A stretch of DNA of 63,798 nucleotides, the filler included, from Licmophora abbreviata (Eukaryota), in NCBI GenBank assembly GCA_900291995.1. It is 18 parts of 18 records of this genome, joined end to end, with 100 filler letters (N's around TTAATTAATTAA, not from the genome) between each part and the next. Parts side by side here need not be neighbours in the genome. Positions count along the whole stretch, not along the records: positions 44,737 to 49,066 come from OLMU01001824.1; positions 49,167 to 52,863 come from OLMU01001825.1; positions 52,964 to 55,029 come from OLMU01001826.1; positions 55,130 to 56,653 come from OLMU01001828.1; positions 56,754 to 60,535 come from OLMU01001829.1; 13 more parts are not named here. One strand, written 5' to 3'. Shown here piece after piece: positions 46,880 through 56,963 of this stretch; positions within the stretch are counted from its first letter, which is position 1, and every line of letters starts with the position of its first letter. The position numbers and the translations under genes were made by a program. The notes under the pieces were generated by a model, which saw nothing but the letters and a program-made list of their open reading frames with translations, had not been told where the DNA came from and searched no databases.

Positions 46880-48633
46880 TGTGCGGCCACCAATGTGTCT
46901 GGTTCGCCCTCGGGCAGGATAGTGCCGCCGGGGCGAACGATGGTGAATTTGACGGGCTCGCGGGTCACGGCGACGCTGTCGCCATCCTGACGGGCCACGG
47001 TGAAATACGAGGTCTCGAGATCGCCTTCGTCGGGGAAATCCTCGCGGTAATGCGCCCCGCGCGAGTTTTCGCGGGCAAGGGCGGCCTGGGCTATGACCTT
47101 CGAGACATCGCAGAGCGACGCCATGTTCAGCCAGTCATGCCAGGTGAGGTTGAAGGCCAGGCTGTCACTGGCGACGCCGGTTTCCATAAGCTCGGCACCG
47201 ATATCGGCGACCTGTGTCATGGCATGGGTCAGTTTGTCCGCGGTGCGCATCACGCCTGCATTGTCCCACATCGCCTCTTGCAGCTTGTGGCGCAGCGGGT
47301 GGACGGCGCCGACACTCTTGCCGAAGGGGCGGCAGGCCCGGGCGATTTCCGCCTCGAGCACATCCGGGTCCGGATCGCGCAAGCCGGGCATGGAGCGAAT
47401 ATCGGCCCCCATCACGTCGCCGGCTATGCCGCCATAGACGGTGGAATTGGCCACGCCATTGCCGCCAAGCCGGTTCGAGCCATGCGCGCCGCCCGCGTCC
47501 TCGCCGGCGACGTAAAGCCCTTCGAGCGCCGTGCGCGTGTCCACATCGACCACGACGCCGCCCATGAAGTAATGCGCGGTCGGCACCACCTCGACCCGGC
47601 CACCGGCCAGATCGAAGCCGCAATCGGCGCAGCGCTTGACCATGCCCTTGAATTTCTCGGCGACGAACGCCGGACCAAGGTGGCCCATTGAGATGTATAC
47701 CCCGCCATTGGGCGAGGTATTGCCGCGGCGCATCTCGTCATAGATGCAGCGGCTGACCACGTCGCGGGTGGCCCGTTCGCCCTTGGGATCATAGTCGAAC
47801 ATGAAGCGATGGCCCGCGCCGTTCAGCAGATGCCCGCCCGCGCCGCGCAGGCCTTCCTCCAGCACGGTGCCGGTCATCCGGGTGTGATCGCCAGCCAGAA
47901 GGCCCGTGGGGTGAAACTGCACCATTTCCATGTCGCGCAGCGGCAGCCCCGCGCGCAGCGCCATGGCCAGACCATCCATCGTCTTGTCGCCGGAAGGGGT
48001 GTGATACTTGTACATGGTCGGGCCGCCGCCCGTGGCCATGAGAACCGCCTTGGCACGCACGAAACGGAAGCGGCCCGTGCGCATGTCGATCATCAGAACG
48101 CCCGCCAGCGCGCGCCCGTCGCGCGTGGGGATAAGGCCGATGGCGCGGTGTTCCTGCAGTTTTTCGACCGGGCGGGCGAGGACCTGTTCCATCAGGCGGC
48201 TGATGATCTCAATTCCGGTCAGATCGCCCTTGTGTACCGTCCGGTCGGCTGTCTGTCCGGCAAAGGCCTTCTGGTGGAGGGAGCCGTCGGGGTTGCGGTC
48301 GAAGAAGCAGCCGATCTCGTTTTCAAGCTCCTGAATGCGGGTCACGGCGGTTTCGCACAGACGCCAGGCCATGTCCTGATCGGGCAGCCATTTGCCGCCG
48401 CTGATCGTGTCCATGAAATGCCGCTCGACGGTATCGCCGCCGCCAAGCGCCACGTTATAGCCCCCCTGCACCATGCGCGTGCAGCCGCATTTACCAATCA
48501 ACCCCTTGACGGCAATGGTGATTTTTGTCCCCTCGGGAGCCGCTTTCTGGGCATGGAGGGCGGCGAAAAGCCCCGCGCCTCCGGTGCCGAGGATCAGGAT
48601 ATCGGTGTCATGGGTGTCGATCTCGGGTCGCAT
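46876..48633 (-). CDS. SDH/FRD-family flavoprotein paralogue
   Basis: GTGGAG, EMVQFHPTG, AHYFMGG, HGSNRLGGN, ENSRGAHYR. Confidence 0.92.
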   Translation of the reverse strand: MRPEIDTHDTDILILGTGGAGLFAALHAQKAAPEGTKITIAVKGLIGKCGCTRMVQGGYNVALGGGDTVERHFMDTISGGKWLPDQDMAWRLCETAVTRIQELENEIGCFFDRNPDGSLHQKAFAGQTADRTVHKGDLTGIEIISRLMEQVLARPVEKLQEHRAIGLIPTRDGRALAGVLMIDMRTGRFRFVRAKAVLMATGGGPTMYKYHTPSGDKTMDGLAMALRAGLPLRDMEMVQFHPTGLLAGDHTRMTGTVLEEGLRGAGGHLLNGAGHRFMFDYDPKGERATRDVVSRCIYDEMRRGNTSPNGGVYISMGHLGPAFVAEKFKGMVKRCADCGFDLAGGRVEVVPTAHYFMGGVVVDVDTRTALEGLYVAGEDAGGAHGSNRLGGNGVANSTVYGGIAGDVMGADIRSMPGLRDPDPDVLEAEIARACRPFGKSVGAVHPLRHKLQEAMWDNAGVMRTADKLTHAMTQVADIGAELMETGVASDSLAFNLTWHDWLNMASLCDVSKVIAQAALARENSRGAHYREDFPDEGDLETSYFTVARQDGDSVAVTREPVKFTIVRPGGTILPEGEPDTLVAAQ

Positions 48634-48635
48634 GG

Positions 48636-48977
48636 TCAGATCGCCTCAAGGAAAAAGGTGCCGGATACGAAGAAGGCCAGCGCCACGGCGGCGGCGGCCA
48701 GGGTTTTGTGATGCGCGGGCCATGGCAGCAGCTCGAGTGCGAGCAGCCGAAGACCGCCGAAGAAATGCACGGCAAGCAGGAAAACAAGGCCGAATTCCGC
48801 AAGTTTCACCGCCGGATTGTCGGTCAGCCGCAGGAAGGCATCAAGCTGCTCGGGCGCGGTCAGGGCCTTGGCCAGAACCCAGAAATGCAGCGGCAGGAAC
48901 AGCGCCAGCGCCAGGCCCGAGATCCTGTGCAGCACGAAGGCCAGCCACAGCGGGTGCGAGCGGGCGGGGCGCATCAT
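48636..48977 (-). CDS. SdhC-like cytochrome b556 anchor
   Basis: LHRISG, VHFFGGLR; three TM segments. Confidence 0.85.
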   Translation of the reverse strand: MMRPARSHPLWLAFVLHRISGLALALFLPLHFWVLAKALTAPEQLDAFLRLTDNPAVKLAEFGLVFLLAVHFFGGLRLLALELLPWPAHHKTLAAAAVALAFFVSGTFFLEAI

Positions 48978-49317
48978 GCCCATGTCACGGCCCAGACGGC
49001 GCGTGCTCCCATGATCAGAAGGCCAAGGCCCACGGCCCATGTCATCACGCTCAGGGCAGGGCCTTTNNNNNNNNNNNNNNNNNNNNNNNNNNNNNNNNNN
49101 NNNNNNNNNNTTAATTAATTAANNNNNNNNNNNNNNNNNNNNNNNNNNNNNNNNNNNNNNNNNNNNAGAAGACCGAGCCTTGCGTGCGGCCAAGGATTTC
49201 CGCAGCGCTCAGCCCACCTTGGATGGCATAGATCATCACGGCGATATGCCCAATCACCAAGGGCGCCATGATGAGGGCTGTAAGCCGTTGAGCCATATAG
49301 AGTTTCAGATCAAGCAT
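48974..49317 (-). CDS. SdhD-like membrane anchor (spans gap 49067-49166)
   Basis: AQRLTALIMAP..GH; C-terminal LLIMGARAVWAVTWA; stop overlaps the next ATG. Confidence 0.8.
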
Positions 49318-50044
49318 CGCGCTTTCTCCGGAGGGCATGACGGAAGGTTTCGCGCTTGAGACCGGCGATGGCCGACATCGGATCAAGCTCGTTCGGGCAG
49401 TACCGGGTGCAGCTGCCCATGGAGTGGCAATTGTGGCAGCCGCCCGAGCCGGAGACGGCGTCGAGGATGGCGGTGCGCCCGCCGTCCTTGGCGTCATTGA
49501 GCAGCGTCCAGGCCCGTTGCAGGGCGGCCGGGCCGAGATAGTCGGGGTTGCCCGCCACGGTATCGCAGGCCGCATAGCAGATGCCGCAATTGATGCATTC
49601 GATGCCAGCATCGGCGGCCTGACGTTCCGGGGTGGCGGCGTCGACGGGGGTAATGGCGTCGTCGCGGGTGCTGGTGGGATGGTGCAGGGCTTCGGCGCTG
49701 ACCCATTTGTCGAAAAACGGATCCATATCGGCGACAAGGTCCTTGATCACCGGCATGTTTCGCAGAGGTTCGATGCGTAAGTAATTGTTTTCAGAAACTT
49801 TTTTGACATGCGTCCGGCAGGTCCAGCGCGGGATGCCATTGACCATCATCGCGCAGCTTCCACACATGCCGACCCGGCAGGCGAAGCGATAGGTCAGGGT
49901 CGGATCGGCCTGCTGCTGGATCCAGCTGACCACGTCGAGCACGGTCTGGCTTTCGCGGGAGGGGACGTCGAAGGTTTCGAACGCCCCTGTCTCGCCCGTC
50001 CCTCGCCAGACGGATACCTTGAGATTCTGCGCCTCGGCCACCAC
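49310..50044 (-). CDS. SdhB/FrdB-like iron-sulfur subunit
   Basis: CRVGMCGSC..C, CINCGICYAAC, CHSMGSCTRYCP. Confidence 0.93.
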   Translation of the reverse strand: MVAEAQNLKVSVWRGTGETGAFETFDVPSRESQTVLDVVSWIQQQADPTLTYRFACRVGMCGSCAMMVNGIPRWTCRTHVKKVSENNYLRIEPLRNMPVIKDLVADMDPFFDKWVSAEALHHPTSTRDDAITPVDAATPERQAADAGIECINCGICYAACDTVAGNPDYLGPAALQRAWTLLNDAKDGGRTAILDAVSGSGGCHNCHSMGSCTRYCPNELDPMSAIAGLKRETFRHALRRKRDA

Positions 50045-50410
50045 GAGCCATGCCCCCTTGTCCTGAATTTGATGTCCCGGGGAGACTATAATGATGAATT
50101 TAGCTAACGAGAAGGAACAAATTCTTATGTTTTTTGTAAGCTAAGCTTTCACATGGGGTTTGTGTGTCGGTATTTACGGGGGATATGGGTCTTGAGGACG
50201 ATTTGGCAGAAGGCGAAGGGCCGCTGGCAAAGACCATAGCAGATCGAGGTTAATGGATCGCAAACCCGACGGCTGGCTTGGGGGAGCGCTGGAAAAGCCA
50301 GTGATTACAGGGGCCGAGACGCCCGCGCCGCGCGGGCGGCGAAGTGGCGGGAGGCCCGGGGGAGCGCGGTCGAGCGGCGGTGAAAGCTGCATTCCACAGG
50401 CGAAAACCCC

Positions 50411-50455
50411 CTTCGGTATCACGTCGGTATTACGTCGGTATTGCGTCGGTATCGG
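50411..50455 (+). repeat. 11-bp tandem array, copy 3 (intergenic)
   Basis: c-ttcggtatcac-gtcggtattac-gtcggtattgc-gtcggtatcgg. Confidence 0.9.
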
Positions 50456-50686
50456 GAGGGGCAGCATCCGGGCGTCCCGATGTGGCCTGCGGGGCGCAGA
50501 GCAGGCCGGCGATCAGGGGTGCAAACGCGCCGCATTGCGCAATTGAGGCCAAATTCAGGACGATTGCCGAGTCTTTGGCCGATAATGGCCACTTTCTATC
50601 CATAATTGCCCGGCACGGTCGGGGGTGAGTGCGAGTGCGTCTGATGTTGTCAGAACGATCTTCAATTCGGATGGACCTCTCGCACC

Positions 50687-52063
50687 GTGCAGCAGACCAC
50701 AGTTTCAGATCAGGACACCAGGGCCGACACCTTGCCGCGCGGGGCGAGCTTGCTGCATGGGCAGTATCTGGTGGAGCAGCATCTTGTCGGCGGCGGGTTC
50801 GGGATGACCTATCTCGCACGCGACAGTCTGGATCGGCGGGTGGTCATCAAGGAATGTTACCCGAGCGCCTTTTGTTGCCGCGCGGGGCGAGAGGTGCGCC
50901 CGCGCAGCGACGCGTTTCACGCGCAATACGAAAGCGTGGTGCATAATTTCATCAACGAGGCGCGGCGGCTGGCCAAGCTCGAGCATCCGGGCATCGTGCA
51001 TGTCCATCAGGTCTTCGAAGAGAACAACACCGCTTATATGGCGATGGATTTCGTCGACGGTCTGGACCTTCTGACGATCCGCGAGGAGGACGCCGGACGC
51101 CTGACGCGCGACGTTCTGGAACGCGCGCTGCGCGACACGCTCGAGGCGCTGGCCTATGTGCATGATTTCGACATCCTGCACCGCGATATCTCGCCCGACA
51201 ATCTGCTGCTGACCGAGGGGGGACAGCTCACGCTGATCGATTTCGGTGCGGCGCGCGAGGGCTATTGCCGCAAGACTCGGGCTCTGTCGGCGGTGTTGTC
51301 GGTCAAGGACGGCTATTCGCCGCATGAATTTTATCTCAAGGACATCGCGCAGACACCGGCGAGCGATCTCTATTCGGTGGCGGCGACCTTTTATCACCTC
51401 ATCACCGGCTCGGCCCCGCCCGACAGCCAGAAGCGGCTGGCGGCGCTGGCTTCGGATTGCGACGATCCCTATCAGCCGCTGGCGCTGGGGCCTTGGGATG
51501 TGAGCCACAACATGCTGGTCTGTATCGACCGGGCCTTGTCGGTGCCACAAAAGGACCGCATCCAGACGGTGGCGGAGTGGCTGGAGCTGATGGACAGCGA
51601 CGAGCTGCTGCCCGTCAGCAAGGAGCACGCCGAGACCGGGCAGGTGCCGACATGGCAGGTCAGGGAACTGGACCCGGCGCTCTTCGATGCGATCACGTCG
51701 CTCGTCGAGGATACCAACACCCATCTCAGGCCCGGTCATGAGGCCAAGGCGCTGCATGCGGTGCCGCGGCATGGCACTGCGGCGCCGGATGCGGGCGATG
51801 GCGCGGACAGCGCGGACCCCGAGCACAAGGCCAAGGACAGAAAGCTGGTCGATATGTTCGGCGAGCCGATCGAGGATGTCGAGGCCTGGCTGAAAGAGCA
51901 GGACCGGCTGACGCAGCGCAATGGCGCAAGGCGCGACCAGCATGAGGCCAAGGATATAGAGCAAGAACCCGTGAAGACCGAAGGCCGCGCGCGCCGGGCG
52001 CCGCTTTTGAGGCGTGTCATGGGGGTGCTCAGGCGCAAGCGCCGCCGGTCTGGCGAGACATAG
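50687..52063 (+). CDS. Hanks-type Ser/Thr protein kinase, soluble
   Basis: GGGFGMTY, VVIKE, NEA, HRDISPDN, DFG, YSPHE, SDLYS; no TM segment. Confidence 0.95.
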   Translation: MQQTTVSDQDTRADTLPRGASLLHGQYLVEQHLVGGGFGMTYLARDSLDRRVVIKECYPSAFCCRAGREVRPRSDAFHAQYESVVHNFINEARRLAKLEHPGIVHVHQVFEENNTAYMAMDFVDGLDLLTIREEDAGRLTRDVLERALRDTLEALAYVHDFDILHRDISPDNLLLTEGGQLTLIDFGAAREGYCRKTRALSAVLSVKDGYSPHEFYLKDIAQTPASDLYSVAATFYHLITGSAPPDSQKRLAALASDCDDPYQPLALGPWDVSHNMLVCIDRALSVPQKDRIQTVAEWLELMDSDELLPVSKEHAETGQVPTWQVRELDPALFDAITSLVEDTNTHLRPGHEAKALHAVPRHGTAAPDAGDGADSADPEHKAKDRKLVDMFGEPIEDVEAWLKEQDRLTQRNGARRDQHEAKDIEQEPVKTEGRARRAPLLRRVMGVLRRKRRRSGET

Positions 52064-52102
52064 GATGACAGAGCATTGGTCCAGACCTGAAAGGATCTGA
52101 AA

Positions 52103-53532
52103 ATGAAATTCATACGCGATATTATTGGCGAAAAGCGCCACCACCCCCGCAAAGAAGCTGATGCGGGGCAAGGGCGCATCCCTGCCGGGCCTGCGGCCGA
52201 TCCGGCTCAGCCGGTTGCAAGCGCGCTGAGATTGCAGCCCGAGCATCGCATCCCCGAGGCCGGGGTGCCGGTGATCCTGCCCGAGCCGGTGGCGCAGGAC
52301 TGGCGCGCCGCCCCGAAAGCCGATCCTTGGGAGGTCGATCCTTGGGAGGCAGCACCCACAAAGGACCGGCTATGGGATGAGGGTGGCGATGAGGATGAAT
52401 ACGCGCCTGCGGAGATCGCCGGGGACGATGGCTTTTCCCCTGCGGTGCAGGAGTTGAGCGAGATCCTCGGGCGCGAGGAAGAGGCGCAGGCCGCCGAGGC
52501 CGAGGACATGGCGCTTGCCGAGGGGGCGGAGGATCTGGCGGAAGATTGGGGGCAGGACGAGACCGGCGTGATGCCCCATGCCGATGCCACCGAGGCCGAA
52601 GCCAGCGACGCGGACACCCCGCTTGCGGATCTGTCCGAGGCCGATCTGAGCGCTTGGCTTGCGCGGATGGACAGGGCGCCTGCCCAGGTCGGGGATGAGA
52701 TGGCCGCAACGCTGGCCGAGGATGCAGCGCCCGAACCGCAGGCAAAGGCAGAGGATGCGGTGGAGCCTGATTTCGCCTTGTCCTTGCGCGCCGTGAAGGA
52801 CGTGATGGGCCAGTCGGCACAGCCTGTGCCAGAGGTTGAGGCGGCGCCCGAGCCTGAGGCGCTNNNNNNNNNNNNNNNNNNNNNNNNNNNNNNNNNNNNN
52901 NNNNNNNTTAATTAATTAANNNNNNNNNNNNNNNNNNNNNNNNNNNNNNNNNNNNNNNNNNNNAGCCTGCTGCCGCCGCGCCCGACAGCGCCGAGCTGCC
53001 GGCTGGCCCGGTGGATGTGCCGACGCCTGCGCTGGGGCGCGGCTCGAGCCGACCGGGGCGCGTCAAGACACGGCTCTTGGGGTTCAATCCGGGGCAGGTG
53101 GCGGGGCTTGATCCGCTGGCCCGCTCCCGGGAGGACGCGCAAGGCAGCGGCGCGAGTTTCCCGGTGGGTTGGCTGGTGGTGGTCAAGGGGCCGGGGCGGG
53201 GGGCTGCCTTTACCCTGCAGGGCGGCGTGGCGCAGATCGGGCGCGGCGCAGGGCAGGCGGTGCGGCTGGATTTCGGCGACAACAGCATCTCGCGGGAAAA
53301 CCATGCCGCCGTCGCCTATGACGATGAAAGCCAGACCTTCTATATCGGGCATGGCGGCAAGGCCAATCTGGTGCGGCGCAATGGCCGGCCGGTTCTGAGC
53401 ACCGAGGAAATGTCGCCCGGCGATCTGATCGTGATCGGCGAGACCACGCTGAAATTCGTGCCGCTTTGTGGTCCGCAGTTCAGCTGGGCCGACGAGACCC
53501 AAGGCGGGCAGGCTCATGCGTCCCTCGGTTGA
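52103..53532 (+). CDS. FHA-domain protein with long acidic N-terminal region (spans gap 52864-52963)
   Basis: C-terminal PVGWLVVVKGPG..IGRG..ISRENHA..L.PGD.I.IG.T.L; Ala/Glu/Pro-rich sequence on both sides of the gap suggests one gene. Confidence 0.82.
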
Positions 53533-54442
53533 TGTGGTCTATGACGCCTCGATGGTTATCGAGCAGGGCCGACGCATGCGTCAGGAAGATGCGATCGTGT
53601 CGGATTTTCCGGCGGGCAACGGCTTTGGCTTCGTCGTGCTGGCGGATGGCATGGGGGGCCATGCGGCGGGCGACATGGCCAGCAAGATCGTGGTTACCGA
53701 GGTGTTCAGCGAGCTGAAGATGCAATCGGGCGATCCGGTCGATCTGGAGGGGCGCATCGGCGAGATCCTCTGTGCGGCGGCGCGCAGTGCGAATGACTGT
53801 GTCGGGCAGTATTCCAGCCAGAGCCCCGGAAGCGAGGGGATGGGGGCGACGCTTCTGGCGCCGGTGCTGATGCAGGATCGGCTGTACTGGATCTCGGTCG
53901 GGGATTCGCCGCTTTACCTGTTTCGTGATGGCAGCCTGCGGCGGTTGAACGAGATCCATTCGGTCATGTCGCAGATCGATTACCTTGTGGACAGTGGCAT
54001 TATGGCGCGCGAGGAGGCCGTGAACCATCCCGATCAGCAATGCCTGACATCGGTGCTGATCGGGCGCGAGATCCCACAGATCGATTGCCGCGCCGTCCCG
54101 GTGCAACTGGAGCATGGCGATATCCTGATCGCGGCGAGCGACGGGTTGCAGGCGCTGGGCGATGACCGGATCGAGGAATTGTTGCGCTTCACCCGGCAGC
54201 AGAGTGCCGCGCAGATCGGCGAGGGACTGTTGCGCGACATTGCGCGGCTGGACGATCCCGAGCAGGACAATGTGTCGTTCTGCGTGGTCAAGCTGCTCAA
54301 GCAAACCGAGATGGCCAAGACCGACGACGCGTCCGAGATGGTCGAGGCAGCGGATGACCTGCTGCGCGAGACCCGCCATGGGCGCCGCGGCTCTGTCACC
54401 ATTCTGGCGCGCGTGTCGCGCGCGCGGGAGGTGGCGGGATGA
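53516..54442 (+). CDS. PP2C-family Ser/Thr phosphatase
   Basis: RQED, LADGMGGH, SVGDS, ASDGL, QDN. Confidence 0.95.
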   Translation: MRPSVDVVYDASMVIEQGRRMRQEDAIVSDFPAGNGFGFVVLADGMGGHAAGDMASKIVVTEVFSELKMQSGDPVDLEGRIGEILCAAARSANDCVGQYSSQSPGSEGMGATLLAPVLMQDRLYWISVGDSPLYLFRDGSLRRLNEIHSVMSQIDYLVDSGIMAREEAVNHPDQQCLTSVLIGREIPQIDCRAVPVQLEHGDILIAASDGLQALGDDRIEELLRFTRQQSAAQIGEGLLRDIARLDDPEQDNVSFCVVKLLKQTEMAKTDDASEMVEAADDLLRETRHGRRGSVTILARVSRAREVAG

Positions 54443-54472
54443 CGCCTTGTGAAGGTGGCGGGATGACGCCTT
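54429..54472 (+). repeat. 20-bp direct repeat at the PP2C stop
   Basis: aggtggcgggatgacgcctt at 54429-54448 and 54453-54472. Confidence 0.9.
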
Positions 54473-54494
54473 ATCAGGACCGAGGAGAGATGTC

Positions 54495-55029
54495 GTGAGC
54501 AGATCCGATGCCACAATGCCCGTCGTGGACCGTCTGGAAAGCGCGCTGGAAACCGCCGATATTCCGGGACCCTATCATCGCTGGGGGTCGCGGCTTCTGT
54601 CGCATCTGCGCAAACCCGTGCAGGTGGTGGTGACCGGTCTGCCGGGCAGCGGCAAGACCGCTTTGGTCAACATGCTGGCGGGCCGCACGGTGCTGGGGGG
54701 GCAGGATGAGGCGGCCATCTCGGAAGTGGCCTATGGCCCGGATGCCCGCGCGGTGTTCGAGATGCAGGATGGATCGGTCGCGGTCAGTGCCGGGCTGGTG
54801 CGCGACGTGGCCTGGCCTGCGGATGTGCGCCTGACCCGTCAGGAACTTCCCGACCCGAGGCTGGAGCGGCAGAGCCTTGTGGAGATCGGCCTTCCGGCCG
54901 ATCCCGCGCAGCAGGCCGCCAGACTGCAGGAGATCGTGGCGCGGGCCGACATGATCCTGTGGTGCACCGAGCGGTTCGACGAGGCCGAACAACGGCTATG
55001 GGCCGGGGTGCCGGATACTCTCAAGGATC
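54495..55029 (+). CDS. dynamin-like P-loop protein 1 (degenerate; 3' part in gap)
   Basis: VVVTGLPGSGKTALVNML G1; ADMILWCT; no DxxG in the visible part. Confidence 0.7.
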
Positions 55030-55129
55030 NNNNNNNNNNNNNNNNNNNNNNNNNNNNNNNNNNNNNNNNNNNNTTAATTAATTAANNNNNNNNNNNNNNN
55101 NNNNNNNNNNNNNNNNNNNNNNNNNNNNN

Positions 55130-56963
55130 GGGTTGGGCGGATCTCTTGCCGTCGGATGTGAACCCGTGGACCTCGGTCGTGACCTCGCTGCATCTCACGC
55201 CGGCCAGCCGCCGGGCCGAGACAGGCGCGCGGTTCCGCTTCATGACCGAGGCCGAATGGGACCGTCTGACCACCAAGGGCGGGCGGATCGGAGAGCTGGC
55301 GGGCCGCGCCGATGCGGCTGGCGAGCTTGAGAAAATCCGCCGCCAGATCGACACGATACGCGAAACCGCAGCCAGACGGCTTGGCCGGAATTTCGAGTTG
55401 CTGATGGGGCAGGAGCACGATTACGGCTATTTCGACAAGAACCTGCTGGAGCGCTATATCTGCCTTGGCGACGATTTCGAGTCAGAAGATGACGGCCAGA
55501 CCGGCGACGATCAGGGACGGTTCGCCGACATCACCCGATCTGCCGAATTGTTCCTGAATTGCCAGACGGTGCCGTTCCGGATGTGTCTGCGCGACACGCC
55601 CGGCGTGAACGACACGTTCATGATGCGCGAGATGGTCACGATCAACGCCGTGCGCGACAGCAAGCTGTGTGTTGTCGTGCTCTCGGCGGGGCAGGCGCTG
55701 ACCTCGGTGGACATGGCGCTCATTCGGATGATCGCCAATCTCAAGTCGCGCGATGTGGTGATCTTCGTCAACCGGATCGACGAGTTGCCCGACCCGGCGG
55801 CACAGGTGCCCGAGATCGAGCAGAGCATCCGGCAGACCCTGAAGGATCACGACGGGCCAGTGGATGCCGAGATCATCTTTGGAAGCGCCTATTGGGCCGG
55901 TGCCGTACTGAGCGGCGAGATCGAAGAGATGGACGACAAAAGCGCCGCGGCGCTTATGGAGTGGGCGCGGCACCGGCTGGAGGCGTCGCTTGCCCGGCAA
56001 TCGGCACCCAACATCGTCTGGGAAATGTCCGGCCTGCCGACGCTGTGGCGCGCCGTGTCGGAGCGGATCGTCGGCACCCTGGGCAATTCCTGTCTTGCCA
56101 ATGTTGCCAGATCCGCGATCACCATCGGCACATCCCGGCAGGCGGCGCGATCGGTGGTGATCGAGGGCGCGGGCGGGGCCTCGGAGATCAGCATGCACGA
56201 GCTGCGCGCGGCGATGGACAAGGTGGCCAGCGACAGCATGGCAGCACTCGAGGCCGATCTCGAGGCGATCTTTGCCGAGTACCGCCAGCGGGCCGACCGC
56301 GCGCATGAGACATTCCTTGACCGCGCGACCCATTCGCTGCTCGAGCATCTCGAGCGGCGCGGTGCCGAGCATATGTGGGACTACGACCCCACGGGGCTGC
56401 GGATGCTGTTGCGATCGGCCTATTCGGTGCTGTGCAAAAGGGTGAAGGCCGCAGCCGAGCGGCATTACGAAGCGGCGGTGCGTGATGCGGCGGGGGTGCT
56501 CTATCAGGGCTTCGGTGCGGCGGTCGAGGGAATCCAGCTGGGCGTGCCGCAGGTTCCCGAAGCGCCCGCGCCGGTGGCGCTGGCTCAGACCATCGCGCTT
56601 GATTTCAACGACAGCTGGTGGGCGTCCTGGTGGCGCCGCGCCCGAGGGCAGACNNNNNNNNNNNNNNNNNNNNNNNNNNNNNNNNNNNNNNNNNNNNTTA
56701 ATTAATTAANNNNNNNNNNNNNNNNNNNNNNNNNNNNNNNNNNNNNNNNNNNNATGAAGGATGCGCAGACCGTCGATATCCGGGCCGGGGTGCTGCGCGG
56801 GATGACGGCGTTTTTCGACCAGCAGAAGGATGTGCTGTTCGAGCTGACATCTGGAGCGCATCGCGGCGGCGGGGTGGAGGGGCTTTTCGCCTCGGACGAG
56901 GAACGGCAGCGCCGGGAGCTGCTGGATAGCGCGCTCGAAACCTTTGAGCGACATGCAGCATGA
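55130..56963 (+). CDS. dynamin-family GTPase 2 with helical stalk (5' end in gap; spans gap 56654-56753)
   Basis: LLPSDVNPWTSVVT (G2), DTPGVND (G3), VNRIDE (G4), long helical C-terminus. Confidence 0.85.

Noticed and set aside
46876..50044. Housekeeping succinate dehydrogenase sdhCDAB
   Set aside because: Gene order B-D-C-A, missing FAD-His motif and catabolic context indicate a paralogue
50687..54442. Type VI secretion locus
   Set aside because: No T6SS structural genes (hcp, vgrG, clpV, tssBC) in the visible sequence
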